Shown here one piece after another: positions 38,852-48,465 of a DNA stretch of 55,076 bases (its first letter is position 1; each line of letters opens with the position of its first letter). The DNA lies in the IMG/VR virus record IMGVR_UViG_3300025132_000049, positions 1 through 55,076 of that record; one strand, written 5' to 3'. This stretch comes from a virus. Its lineage: Duplodnaviria > Caudoviricetes. The notes under the pieces are model-generated. The model saw only the letters and a list, made by a program, of their open reading frames with translations. It did no database searches and had not been told where the DNA came from. The translations under genes were made by a program, and so were the position numbers.

Positions 38852-41317
38852 TCACCTATATAATGCTTTGATATGATATATTACATCTTCATTTGTTCCG
38901 TGTTTTTTAGCCAACGAATCTAAACTATCTACTTCTTCAACAATTTTAGTTATATCATTAGCAGTAATATCTAACTTATATTCACTCTTAACCATATCTA
39001 TTGTATCTGATATATTATTAAAAGAACCTAAATCACATACTCCATAATATATTGGTCTATTCATCATTTTTCTAATACCATCATAAGCAACTAATAATTT
39101 TTCTTGTGTAGCAGATAGTTTAATTTTATCTTCAAATGAACTATGTAGTCTCATAAACCTTTCAATCTCTTCTTTCTTATTAGCATCCTTCTTCATTTCT
39201 GATGCAGTAGAATATATTAATCCTATGAGACTTATATAAGTACCTTTTACATCTTCTTCGGTAGTTAACTCACTAACAATTCTACCATTTAGTTTATATC
39301 TTGATAAGTCTATGTTACTATTCTTTCTAGCCATATTGTTTAACCTATTGGCAAAATACTTCATATTTTTTTCAGTAGAGTTAGGGAATATATCATCTAA
39401 TATATTTATTACTTTTTCTACTTTACTTATTGCGTTAGTAATATTAACATCAGAAGGTACATCAACTAACATTTCTCTATAATCATTAATATCTTCTAAT
39501 TCGGCTCTACTAATGAACGCAGTATAATATTCAATATATATTGATTGAAGTAGTTTTGACATTTCATTTTTACCATGAGTAGTGATAGCAGATAAAGACC
39601 TCTTACCTAAAAACATAGGTAAATCCTTAAAAATCAACATATTATCATTAACAGGGTCAGCATAATATTGTTCTGCTAATTCAACTAACATCAATACTTC
39701 ATCTATAAAATCTCCTAAGTCTCTAAGTTGTCCTGTTTTACCTTGTACAGCAGCCTCTAGTAAATTAGAAGTCTTTTTCTCTTCTTCTATTTGTTTGTCT
39801 GTTTTGGCAGACCCGTAACTAGCACTAGCAAAATCTTCCTTTCTCCAATGATAAGGAAGGACTGTTCTCTCAGATGGTACTTCAATCAATTCACTTATTG
39901 CTTTAATTAACCTAACATGAAATGTTTCTATTTTAGTATAATCTGGCGAAACTAATCCTTGTGATTTATATTGTTGAGTCATTTTGAATACTCTATCAGT
40001 TAAAGGAAGATAATAAACATCTTCTTGACTTACTTCGGTTGCTTGGTCTTGAATCTCTTCCAACTCATCTAATAATTCTTCAAAAACTCCTTCTAATGTT
40101 TCATCATCATCTATCAATCCTTCTATTATTACATTAATATCACTAATGAATCTTTCCTTAGACATTTCATTATGTCTATGTTTAACTATATTTGAATCAG
40201 CAGCCATTGCATATATTGGGTCTGCTTGTGACATAGTAGATAGGCCAGATATTTTTTTAGCCCACTCCCTTTCTAATTCATCAGCCGCAGTTTTTTGTTC
40301 TATGTGCATATCCCCTACTCGACCACCTTCTTCTCCATATTGATTAAAGACCCTTACTTCTTTTTCTTCCTCACTCATATCCGCAGCATCTCTTTCTGCT
40401 TCATCCTCATTTAAGTTACTTACTGAGGATGCACTACTTTCGGCTTTATCACTCATAATTTTTTTAATATAAGTGTAAATAATATTACTAGCAATCAAAG
40501 AAGAACCTTCATCTGAATCAGGGTACATTGGAATAGCAACAGGTTTTAATTTAATGATATAATTTAAATTACTATCCATCATATCATAAAGTTTCTTTAT
40601 TTCTTCCAAATCATCGTTTAAGTCATTTAATACTCCATCACCTAAAATTAATTTACCTGTTGGGTTATCTTCTTCATCTAATTCTTCTTCTACTCTATCC
40701 CATTTCAATAATACTTCTTTCATGGTTTTTTTAATTTCATCAAATAACTTATGTTTTTCTTCATAATAACCATATATTTTTTTTCTGGAGGCAGTTAGTT
40801 TAGGGTCAATATCTCCTAACATATCTTCAACACTAATAGTCATTCTTTGTCCATCTTTGACACTAGAATTAACTTTGTCTGTAAAAACACTTAAACTAGT
40901 AACATTAGGATTAAGTCTTTCAACTGTATTAATAACACTCAACACTTCTCTATCACTATAACCTTTAACTCTAGTTAATCTTGATAATGCAATATTACCT
41001 TTAATATCATCAACTGTTAACTCTTTACCGTTATATTTAAAATAAGGAATCAGCCCAGACAAAGCCGCTTCTGAACCTTCTTGTTCTACATCAGTAATGA
41101 ACTTCATAAACTCATTAGTATATCTTGTACTGAATCCTTTTTCATTTAATATTACTTTATATTCACGGTTATCTTTATCATTTTTTACTTCTTCTGATAC
41201 ATGAGAAACATTAAACTTAAGATTAGATACATTATCTATAAACTGTTCTGAGTCATCATACGCTCGTCTAAACTTACGTCTTGACATTGAAATATAATCT
41301 TGTACCTGTTGACTCAT
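38852..41317 (-). CDS. Large acidic helical protein, 821 aa
   Basis: Long ORF with a GAGGTGA RBS; no family recognised. Confidence 0.65.
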   Translation of the reverse strand: MSQQVQDYISMSRRKFRRAYDDSEQFIDNVSNLKFNVSHVSEEVKNDKDNREYKVILNEKGFSTRYTNEFMKFITDVEQEGSEAALSGLIPYFKYNGKELTVDDIKGNIALSRLTRVKGYSDREVLSVINTVERLNPNVTSLSVFTDKVNSSVKDGQRMTISVEDMLGDIDPKLTASRKKIYGYYEEKHKLFDEIKKTMKEVLLKWDRVEEELDEEDNPTGKLILGDGVLNDLNDDLEEIKKLYDMMDSNLNYIIKLKPVAIPMYPDSDEGSSLIASNIIYTYIKKIMSDKAESSASSVSNLNEDEAERDAADMSEEEKEVRVFNQYGEEGGRVGDMHIEQKTAADELEREWAKKISGLSTMSQADPIYAMAADSNIVKHRHNEMSKERFISDINVIIEGLIDDDETLEGVFEELLDELEEIQDQATEVSQEDVYYLPLTDRVFKMTQQYKSQGLVSPDYTKIETFHVRLIKAISELIEVPSERTVLPYHWRKEDFASASYGSAKTDKQIEEEKKTSNLLEAAVQGKTGQLRDLGDFIDEVLMLVELAEQYYADPVNDNMLIFKDLPMFLGKRSLSAITTHGKNEMSKLLQSIYIEYYTAFISRAELEDINDYREMLVDVPSDVNITNAISKVEKVINILDDIFPNSTEKNMKYFANRLNNMARKNSNIDLSRYKLNGRIVSELTTEEDVKGTYISLIGLIYSTASEMKKDANKKEEIERFMRLHSSFEDKIKLSATQEKLLVAYDGIRKMMNRPIYYGVCDLGSFNNISDTIDMVKSEYKLDITANDITKIVEEVDSLDSLAKKHGTNEDVIYHIKALYR

Positions 41318-43287
41318 CTACTCACCTCTACTACTCCGGCTTCTTCTAAGTCTCTAAACATTAAGGAAGATTTTGTATTAGTTTGTCCTGTTTTACGACC
41401 TTCATCATCTCTTCTAAACTCAGTATATACTAATTCATCTTGATATTTTAATGGACTCTTTATTATATCTTCTACCTTTAATCTAACTGCTTCAATAAAC
41501 CCATCTACAATATCTTTGTAATTTTCTTTAGCAGTTTCTACTACTTCTTCAAATTGAATATCATCTTCTTCATAATCATCTGGATTTTTCCAATCTTGAA
41601 CACTATCATGTAGCCCTGTATCAGCATAATACCAATCTAGTAATACTAATGTATGGAATATATCAATAGAAGATATGCCAGAAGTGGTATCATACTCTTC
41701 ATTATATTCTTCTTCAATAATATCCCAAGCAGAATCAGAAGATGCACTAACTGATTCAGAAGATGACCTTAAGTTTCTAAAATCTCTTATCAATAAGTCT
41801 GCCTTTTTCTTATTTGATTCTGTAATATTTAATTTATAAAAATCTCCTATCTTAGTAAATACATTTTTATCTTGTTCATCTGCATCATCTAGTATATTGA
41901 ATAAGGTATTGGCTGAGGCTCTTGGTAATTCTTCTCCATATAATTCTTTAATTGAAGAAATTAATCCACCAATAGACATATCTTCTATATTTGATTTAAG
42001 TTCGTTAATTTTATCTACTTCTGATTGAGTAAATAGATTTTGCTTATTAGTATAATATCCTTTAATTTTATCTATTGCCTCCTTTTCTCTACCACCTAAT
42101 CTACTTATTTGTCTCAAAAACTTAGGCATTTCCATTTGTCTACTTCTTCTTGTTCCTTGAAACTTTGATTTTAATTCATCCATTACTTCTAATGAAATAC
42201 CTGCATCTTCATAATCAAACTCTTCTTGTCCTGTCAAAACTAATCTAACAAAATTAGGCACTAAAGTTTCTTTAGTTTGTTTGACACCTTCTTCCATAAT
42301 AGAATTAATATCCATATTTTGATTTACCAATATTGCTTTCAATGGTGCTGTCAACACCACTTTACCTTGAGGCATCATAAGTCTTTTTCTTGCAGAATTA
42401 ATGGCTGCTTTGGTTTGTATCTCTGGAGTTGGCATAAACATTGAAGATTTATTCCATCCTCTTTTAGTTAAAAGTTTCATATAATTAATAGCATCTTCAC
42501 CTGTTTCTACACTAACAGTATAGTTTTTTCTTTCTTGTGCAGCAACAGCATCCATTCCTTTTTGACTAGTAAGTAAATTGTATATTTTAACTAATGGTGC
42601 AACTTCTAATTTGCCTTTACTTTTGTACGCGTTCCTTTTAGCCATCTTACCTTTCTTAAACCAAGATAGAAACTTTCTATAATCTTCTAAACTTACTCTA
42701 TCTGGCATTTTTAAAATATACCATGTAGGAAAATCGGGATGAGAACCCTCGGTAACTTCACCTTTTACATATTCTGGCGGTTTATCTATTGTTTCATATA
42801 TTCTATTTCTACTATCTACCCAATAAAACTCATCTTCTTTGCCTTCAATGAAATTAATTACTTCATCCTTTTTATCTGTGAATGCCTTAATTTTTTCTTT
42901 TTCATTCGGACTACTCCTTAATCTACCTTCGCCTAATAATTCTTTGAAGGCATCCATATCTTCTGATTCTAGTATACTATCTAATCTCTCAGCAATAGTA
43001 CCTTTAATTTTAGCAGGTTGAGTATTTGATTTCATCTCTCTCAACATAGTTGAAAGCATTTCGTGTACCTTTTTAGCATTAGATATAATTGTCTTTCTTT
43101 GCTCATCAGTCCATCCTTCATTAATTCCCTTACCATCTGATAATTCTTTAGTGGTATTTATTACGGCTTTAATTCCTTTTTTATTCTTTTCAGCCTCTTG
43201 CTCTATATGTGATACACCATCATCGGATAATAGAAAACTCTCTACGTTATCGGGAGTTGGCAATTTTTTAAGTATTGACGACCACAT
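41314..43287 (-). CDS. Large W-tag protein (MWSSILKK), 657 aa
   Basis: ORF track. Confidence 0.65.
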   Translation of the reverse strand: MWSSILKKLPTPDNVESFLLSDDGVSHIEQEAEKNKKGIKAVINTTKELSDGKGINEGWTDEQRKTIISNAKKVHEMLSTMLREMKSNTQPAKIKGTIAERLDSILESEDMDAFKELLGEGRLRSSPNEKEKIKAFTDKKDEVINFIEGKEDEFYWVDSRNRIYETIDKPPEYVKGEVTEGSHPDFPTWYILKMPDRVSLEDYRKFLSWFKKGKMAKRNAYKSKGKLEVAPLVKIYNLLTSQKGMDAVAAQERKNYTVSVETGEDAINYMKLLTKRGWNKSSMFMPTPEIQTKAAINSARKRLMMPQGKVVLTAPLKAILVNQNMDINSIMEEGVKQTKETLVPNFVRLVLTGQEEFDYEDAGISLEVMDELKSKFQGTRRSRQMEMPKFLRQISRLGGREKEAIDKIKGYYTNKQNLFTQSEVDKINELKSNIEDMSIGGLISSIKELYGEELPRASANTLFNILDDADEQDKNVFTKIGDFYKLNITESNKKKADLLIRDFRNLRSSSESVSASSDSAWDIIEEEYNEEYDTTSGISSIDIFHTLVLLDWYYADTGLHDSVQDWKNPDDYEEDDIQFEEVVETAKENYKDIVDGFIEAVRLKVEDIIKSPLKYQDELVYTEFRRDDEGRKTGQTNTKSSLMFRDLEEAGVVEVSR

Positions 43288-43292
43288 CTAAA

Positions 43293-44207
43293 TCACGCTA
43301 AATCTTTAGATGCTCCACCTTCATATCCTGTATATCTTTCATCAGGCTGCTTTTTTACTTTGGCTTTAAAACCGAAAGGTATCATTTTACCATCTGGGCC
43401 TTCTTCCATTTCTTCACTAAAGAAAATTGCTCTAGGCATATCAACTTGCATAGTTGCTTCTCGATAACCTTCCATTGTAATTGTAGGATAACCTCTGTTA
43501 CTCCTTGAAATATCATCTCTATCTGAACCATATTCAACTAATCCTTTTGAATCTAAACTTCTTAGATATTTACTTGGTGATTCTTTTTCTAATGGCCCAA
43601 TACCAAACTCATCAAATAATCTAATTCTTTCTTGTCTTAGTCTTGGTTTTCTTTGTTCTGCAAATATACCTAATATTGCTAATGCTGCGGCTTCACCATT
43701 ATTTAATTCATACTTACCTTGTAAAACTTTTTCAGTTCTTTTCTGACCGAGTTTATTTAATACACTAGATTCTACCGGAATTGTTACTTCTACAACAGGT
43801 GTTCTACCATATAATTTAACTTCAACTCCTATTTGGTTTTTAGTTAATGTAATAGTATGCTTACCCATACCAAACTGAACAGCAGTCTCACTTTGTTCAT
43901 TTCCAGATTGTAAGTATTCTCTAGTATACATTTCTTCCCAACCATCATCAACTAATGCACAAGTTTCAACATTTATTACAGCCCAAAACCCTGCTGCACC
44001 TTTAGCAGCATTAATTCTAGGAGTAAATGAATTATCTTTTCTTAGAAACATTTTTCTAGAAGCAGTAGGCCAAATTGATTCCCAAGGAACTGTTGTTTTA
44101 TTGAGGTGTTCTTCTAAACAAGGGATGTCATCTGGAGCAAAATGCTTCCAAGTATCTCCCTTGTATGTTATAGGAGGAGGTGCTTTAATTACTGTAAACC
44201 AATCCAT
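43293..44207 (-). CDS. W-tag protein (MDWFTVIK) with possible C-terminal wHTH
   Basis: Start reassigned after the GAGGT RBS; SKYLRSLDSKGLVEY...ITMEG resembles a wHTH. Confidence 0.6.
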   Translation of the reverse strand: MDWFTVIKAPPPITYKGDTWKHFAPDDIPCLEEHLNKTTVPWESIWPTASRKMFLRKDNSFTPRINAAKGAAGFWAVINVETCALVDDGWEEMYTREYLQSGNEQSETAVQFGMGKHTITLTKNQIGVEVKLYGRTPVVEVTIPVESSVLNKLGQKRTEKVLQGKYELNNGEAAALAILGIFAEQRKPRLRQERIRLFDEFGIGPLEKESPSKYLRSLDSKGLVEYGSDRDDISRSNRGYPTITMEGYREATMQVDMPRAIFFSEEMEEGPDGKMIPFGFKAKVKKQPDERYTGYEGGASKDLA

Positions 44208-44212
44208 TTTGA

Positions 44213-44509
44213 TTACCTCTGTAATTGTTTTTGCCATGCCGTAGTTTTTTTATCCTTCTTAGAAAACCAATCAGCCATAACTGTGTTTAAATTATCTAAA
44301 TTATTACCTTGATATTCCATTAACATAGTGTTTGTTTTTTCGTGAGCCTCTTTTAGTGCATCAGTAAGAGGTATTAAAGTAATAATATCACCTCTGCCAT
44401 AATTTTCCATCTTAGGTGGATTATTTTGAAGGTATGAAACCATTTCGGTGTGGCCTTCTCGCTTCAAAAAGGCAAGAATATCCATGTATTCATCGTTATA
44501 TGTACGCAT
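44213..44509 (-). CDS. Hypothetical protein with C-terminal AWQKQLQ
   Basis: Start reassigned to MRTY, after the stop of the 58-aa ORF. Confidence 0.55.
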   Translation of the reverse strand: MRTYNDEYMDILAFLKREGHTEMVSYLQNNPPKMENYGRGDIITLIPLTDALKEAHEKTNTMLMEYQGNNLDNLNTVMADWFSKKDKKTTAWQKQLQR

Positions 44510-44516
44510 TTTCTTC

Positions 44517-44693
44517 TTAATTCTCATATTTAAACCTCTTATTAAGTGTTTCCTTTCTAGCAGCACAATTGCAGTCTTTTCCTGTTTTTTCTGAAAAATA
44601 CTCTACTGCTTTTTTAATACCTGTTCTAGTAGTAACTCTTTCAATAGTGTCACCTAGACCTTTATCTTCTTTTAGTAAATATTTCCAACTCAT
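44517..44693 (-). CDS. 58-aa W-tag protein missed by the track (MSWKYLLKEDKGLGDTIERVT...DCNC..RKETLN)
   Basis: Read by hand; ATGA-coupled; the KGLGDTIE...CxC motif is recalled from small marine phage proteins. Confidence 0.7.
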   Translation of the reverse strand: MSWKYLLKEDKGLGDTIERVTTRTGIKKAVEYFSEKTGKDCNCAARKETLNKRFKYEN

Positions 44694-45091
44694 TCTAAAT
44701 CACCACCACTAAAATTACCTTTTCTATCCATTTGATAGAGCGTTAAATAAGAACCATTTTCTCTGTAAATATCAACATAAACACTTCCGCCTTCAAGAGA
44801 CAATTTTATGTTTAATGATTTTCCTACCCCATCTAAAGCATTACCATCATTAATATCACGTTGCATAGTCTCTAACTTTTCTTCGTTATAATCATCTTCA
44901 TCAAACAAATAACTATTTAGAAAGTCTTCTAGTTTTTTTTCAAATACTGTAAGAAATTGTTTTTCTTTTGATAAATCACGCAAAGGTCTTTCAGAATCTT
45001 TAATTCCCATCTCTCTCAAATAATTAGAGTGTGCTTGGGTTGGGGTGTCTGATGCTCTAGGGTCATTCTTTAGTATATCTTTCCAACTCAT
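44690..45091 (-). CDS. W-tag protein (MSWKDILK)
   Basis: ORF track. Confidence 0.65.
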   Translation of the reverse strand: MSWKDILKNDPRASDTPTQAHSNYLREMGIKDSERPLRDLSKEKQFLTVFEKKLEDFLNSYLFDEDDYNEEKLETMQRDINDGNALDGVGKSLNIKLSLEGGSVYVDIYRENGSYLTLYQMDRKGNFSGGDLE

Positions 45092-45092
45092 A

Positions 45093-45392
45093 TTACCATT
45101 CTCCTATAAACACATTTTTTCTTTCTAATGCACGTTTTACATTTTGTTTCATTAGTGCCTCAATTTTTCTAACTACTGCACCTCTAGCGCCTGTTGATAT
45201 AATAAACTTAACAGGTTTACCATCAGGACTTGCTTCACCCTCATAGGTACAATATATTTTAATGTGTTGGGTCTTATTACTGTGATTAATTTTGTCAATT
45301 GTGACTCCTTCTATACTGTTTATGGCTTTTTTAATTCTTTTAAGCACTTTAGAAGAAATATACTTTCCTTTAATTATATCAAACCAACTCAT
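45093..45392 (-). CDS. W-tag protein (MSWFDIIK), weakly HicA-like
   Basis: Helix, then strand-QHIKI-strand-IISTG, then helix, like dsRBD-fold HicA relatives. Confidence 0.55.
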   Translation of the reverse strand: MSWFDIIKGKYISSKVLKRIKKAINSIEGVTIDKINHSNKTQHIKIYCTYEGEASPDGKPVKFIISTGARGAVVRKIEALMKQNVKRALERKNVFIGEW

Positions 45393-45760
45393 TATTTCCA
45401 CGACTCCTCTTCAGGGTATAATTCCATAGCGTGTTCTATATCATCTCTAAAGTTTTCGGCAACTTCTAACCAATCAACATCGGATATTGAATCTCCAATT
45501 TCATCTCTATCATTAACAGGAGACAATAAATCATCCATAAAACCTTGATGATTACTCATTAGTTCGGGCAATTCCTTTGCTAACACATTCAATACATCTT
45601 CAATTACTTCTTCTTTAGACCAATTCCAATCAAGATACCCCTTTACCTTTTCTTTGATTAATTGTATTATTGGAAAATAAGTTGCTTCATCGTTCATAAC
45701 CCATAAATCCGCAGTTCTAGTTGCAGTACTAGTATCTTTCAAAACAGAAAACCATTTCAT
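45392..45760 (-). CDS. W-tag protein (MKWFSVLK)
   Basis: Contains T...LWVMNDEATY...VDWLEVAE. Confidence 0.6.
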   Translation of the reverse strand: MKWFSVLKDTSTATRTADLWVMNDEATYFPIIQLIKEKVKGYLDWNWSKEEVIEDVLNVLAKELPELMSNHQGFMDDLLSPVNDRDEIGDSISDVDWLEVAENFRDDIEHAMELYPEEESWK

Positions 45761-45773
45761 TGTAACTTCTCCC

Positions 45774-46166
45774 TCACTCGTATTGCCTACCTATATACGA
45801 CATAAACCCTTGCGTCATCTTCCTGTGAGCAAAATACTTAGTTACATCAGGAAACCGATTTTCTGCTTGCCTTAATAATGATTCTATTACCCTAATGCGT
45901 AATCCATTAGTGCGTGTAAACCACCTTGATTCATAGAGCATATCTTCTAAGCGTTGTATTTTTGCCTCCATATCTTTTTCACTACCTATTCTAGATAACT
46001 CAAAAGTCATTTTGTCTAAACCATAATTAAACTTTTCAACAGTATATGGTTTTCCATTTGAACCTATAATATTTCCTTCACTAATAATATCTCTTAAATC
46101 TTGAAAATCCCTAGCACTTTCAATTCGTTGAGTTAATTCGTCTTTAATAATATTAAACCAACTCAT
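45774..46166 (-). CDS. W-tag protein (MSWFNIIK)
   Basis: Start reassigned to the ATG overlapping the upstream stop, after a GGAGG RBS. Confidence 0.6.
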   Translation of the reverse strand: MSWFNIIKDELTQRIESARDFQDLRDIISEGNIIGSNGKPYTVEKFNYGLDKMTFELSRIGSEKDMEAKIQRLEDMLYESRWFTRTNGLRIRVIESLLRQAENRFPDVTKYFAHRKMTQGFMSYIGRQYE

Positions 46167-46819
46167 TGTAATTTCTCCTCCATCTTTGCTTTTACATCTA
46201 ACCAAACTTGAGGATGATTCTGTGCTAATACTTCTTGCACTACTTGCATTTGTGCAACTATAATTGTATCTTGTCTCTTGTGTACGAGTTTACCTTTAAA
46301 CTCCATTAAGTATCTTAAACTCTCTCTAATTTCTTTAGCCATCTTAGTTAAACTATCTACATACTTAGGGTGCATTTCTTCTTGTTCAAATAAAATATCT
46401 ATCTTTTCTTCTAATCTAGTAATGGTTCTAGTCAAAGATTCTATCTCATCTACTTCTTTTTTTGCTATTATGTTTGCCGCAGCCTTTTGCACTAAAGGTT
46501 GTAAATGTTTTCTCATGTGCCTTTTTACTTGTTCTTCTGAACAATCAACCATTTGTGCTACCGCACTAGGAGTAATATTACCTTCTTTTAATTGTTCTTC
46601 TACTAATGAACGTAATTCATGCGTACATAGATTACATCTAGGATTTGACGCATCTACATATTCTCCCATATGATTTCTTTGATGTCTTGCTGATGTTCCA
46701 CTAGGCCAATCCATTTGTTTATCTAAATCATCTGGTGCAATAGATAATGTTTCTAACTGTGCTTCTAAATCATCACGCTGCTCATGGTTACAAAGCCTAC
46801 ATCTTCTTCGCTTTACCAT
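46163..46819 (-). CDS. Putative terminase small subunit with tandem Zn-finger/HTH repeats
   Basis: Two repeats CxxCxH...RHxRxH followed by a coiled coil and KEIRESL...GKL oligomerisation-like helices. Confidence 0.55.
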   Translation of the reverse strand: MVKRRRCRLCNHEQRDDLEAQLETLSIAPDDLDKQMDWPSGTSARHQRNHMGEYVDASNPRCNLCTHELRSLVEEQLKEGNITPSAVAQMVDCSEEQVKRHMRKHLQPLVQKAAANIIAKKEVDEIESLTRTITRLEEKIDILFEQEEMHPKYVDSLTKMAKEIRESLRYLMEFKGKLVHKRQDTIIVAQMQVVQEVLAQNHPQVWLDVKAKMEEKLQ

Positions 46820-48036
46820 ACTAACACCTCAGCCCATGACTTTTTGAGTTTCTTATCTTTTTTAGCCTCAACTTTTTCTTTCTTTTTAGCCTCAACTTTT
46901 TCTTTTTTCTCTTTAGGTGTAACATATCCTTTCAAATAAACTGGGCCTTTTCTACTTCTTCTAGCACAAAGACCTGTTAACAGAAATAGATTCTTAACCA
47001 TCCCTCTCGTTATATCTAATGAATAGCCTTTTACTTCTGCCTCTAACATTTCTTTAACACCATACACATCTTTAATTCTATTTGATTCTGTTTCATCATC
47101 TACTTTAAAAGTCATTCTTGAAATCATTCTTGTTATTTGGTCATCTCTAATATTACCTGTATTAGGATTTACTCCTCTACCAATATTATCTTTATTACCT
47201 ACTAATTGTAAAATTGTTTCTTTAATGTCATCAATAGAATACAACTCCTTTGATAATCCACCTCTAGGTACTCCTCTTAATACTAGTTTAACGTGTTCAT
47301 TAACTACTTTTTTACCTACTCCTTTAGCAGATTGTAATACTGTAAAGAGTCCGGTTGTTACTAACATACCTTCACCTCCCCCTTCTGCATACAATGCTTG
47401 CCACATAGGAGGTTTAGATGTATTTTCACTTGTTGTAGCCCAACTTTTAGGTACTGCCTCTAACGTCTCAGCATACTCTTTATTTTTGAATACTTTAGAT
47501 TTTAGGTTTCTAAAACTATTATAGTCCTTAGTTCTATAATGCCCATAATGTATCTTTACATTCTTCTTTTTAAATTGAGCAGTTTTTTTATTTACTCTTC
47601 TGAATATAGGAATAGTGAATGGTGTATTTCTAGGGTCAGCATCAGAATCTTTCATTTCATTTAAATGTTCAATATACTCATCTACTTTTTTCTGAAATCC
47701 CTTAGTTAGTATTTTTTTATCATCTTTAACTAATTCACTCATTTCTTTAATTAATGAACCTATACCATCTTCTTCTGATACAGGATTTTTTGCCTGTGGT
47801 CTATTTTCTATCCCATGTTTTTTAACTAATTCAAGTAAATTAATCGCCTTAACTCCTTTTATTCTCATTTGTTCTGGTGTCGCGGCTTTACATTCAGTTA
47901 CCCATTTATTGAATTGTGATTTTAGAACACTTGCATCAAATGTCTGAGTAATAATTACTTTATTACCATCTGAATTGGTAACAGTAACAGTCCTTCTGGA
48001 TTTTTTTGTAGTATCAGTCTTTGGCAATTTCGTCAT
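46813..48036 (-). CDS. Basic hypothetical protein, 407 aa, ending KKSWAEVLVW
   Basis: ORF track; GGAGG RBS. Confidence 0.6.
   Translation of the reverse strand: MTKLPKTDTTKKSRRTVTVTNSDGNKVIITQTFDASVLKSQFNKWVTECKAATPEQMRIKGVKAINLLELVKKHGIENRPQAKNPVSEEDGIGSLIKEMSELVKDDKKILTKGFQKKVDEYIEHLNEMKDSDADPRNTPFTIPIFRRVNKKTAQFKKKNVKIHYGHYRTKDYNSFRNLKSKVFKNKEYAETLEAVPKSWATTSENTSKPPMWQALYAEGGGEGMLVTTGLFTVLQSAKGVGKKVVNEHVKLVLRGVPRGGLSKELYSIDDIKETILQLVGNKDNIGRGVNPNTGNIRDDQITRMISRMTFKVDDETESNRIKDVYGVKEMLEAEVKGYSLDITRGMVKNLFLLTGLCARRSRKGPVYLKGYVTPKEKKEKVEAKKKEKVEAKKDKKLKKSWAEVLVW
46859..46905. repeat. 24-bp tandem duplication encoding KEKVEAKK x2
   Basis: TTTTTAGCCTCAACTTTTTCTTT repeated twice in frame. Confidence 0.8.
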
Positions 48037-48175
48037 CCTCCGGGTAAATATAATCCTTATCTATTTCTTTTTCATCGTCAGTTATTGCAGGTGGGTTTGT
48101 TGATAATAAAGGATTAGCACCATGACCGCCAAATGTTTGACCGCCAGATTCCTTTATTACACTCCACCACTTCAT
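48014..48175 (-). CDS. 53-aa W-tag peptide missed by the track (MKWWSVIKESGG...)
   Basis: Read by hand; ATGA-coupled to the upstream gene. Confidence 0.65.
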   Translation of the reverse strand: MKWWSVIKESGGQTFGGHGANPLLSTNPPAITDDEKEIDKDYIYPEDDEIAKD

Positions 48176-48465
48176 TCTAATTCCTCAATCCTCATTAATG
48201 AATTAGAAAGCATTTCTAATTGTTCTTTAATTCTAAGAGGCTCTAATTGTTTAGTTCGATTCGCATACAAATCTGCCTCTTCTATCATTTGATTAACCAT
48301 TCCTCTAACATCATTTGTGTTAACATTAGTTTTAAACATTTGAGGATAACTCCTTTGTAATTCTACTAAAGGTTTAATTAATTGATTTAAATCTGGGATT
48401 GGTTTGCTAAATATTTCACCTATTCTAGTCATATCCATTACTTTAATTATATCTTTCCAACTCAT
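48172..48465 (-). CDS. W-tag protein (MSWKDIIK)
   Basis: ORF track. Confidence 0.65.
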   Translation of the reverse strand: MSWKDIIKVMDMTRIGEIFSKPIPDLNQLIKPLVELQRSYPQMFKTNVNTNDVRGMVNQMIEEADLYANRTKQLEPLRIKEQLEMLSNSLMRIEELE

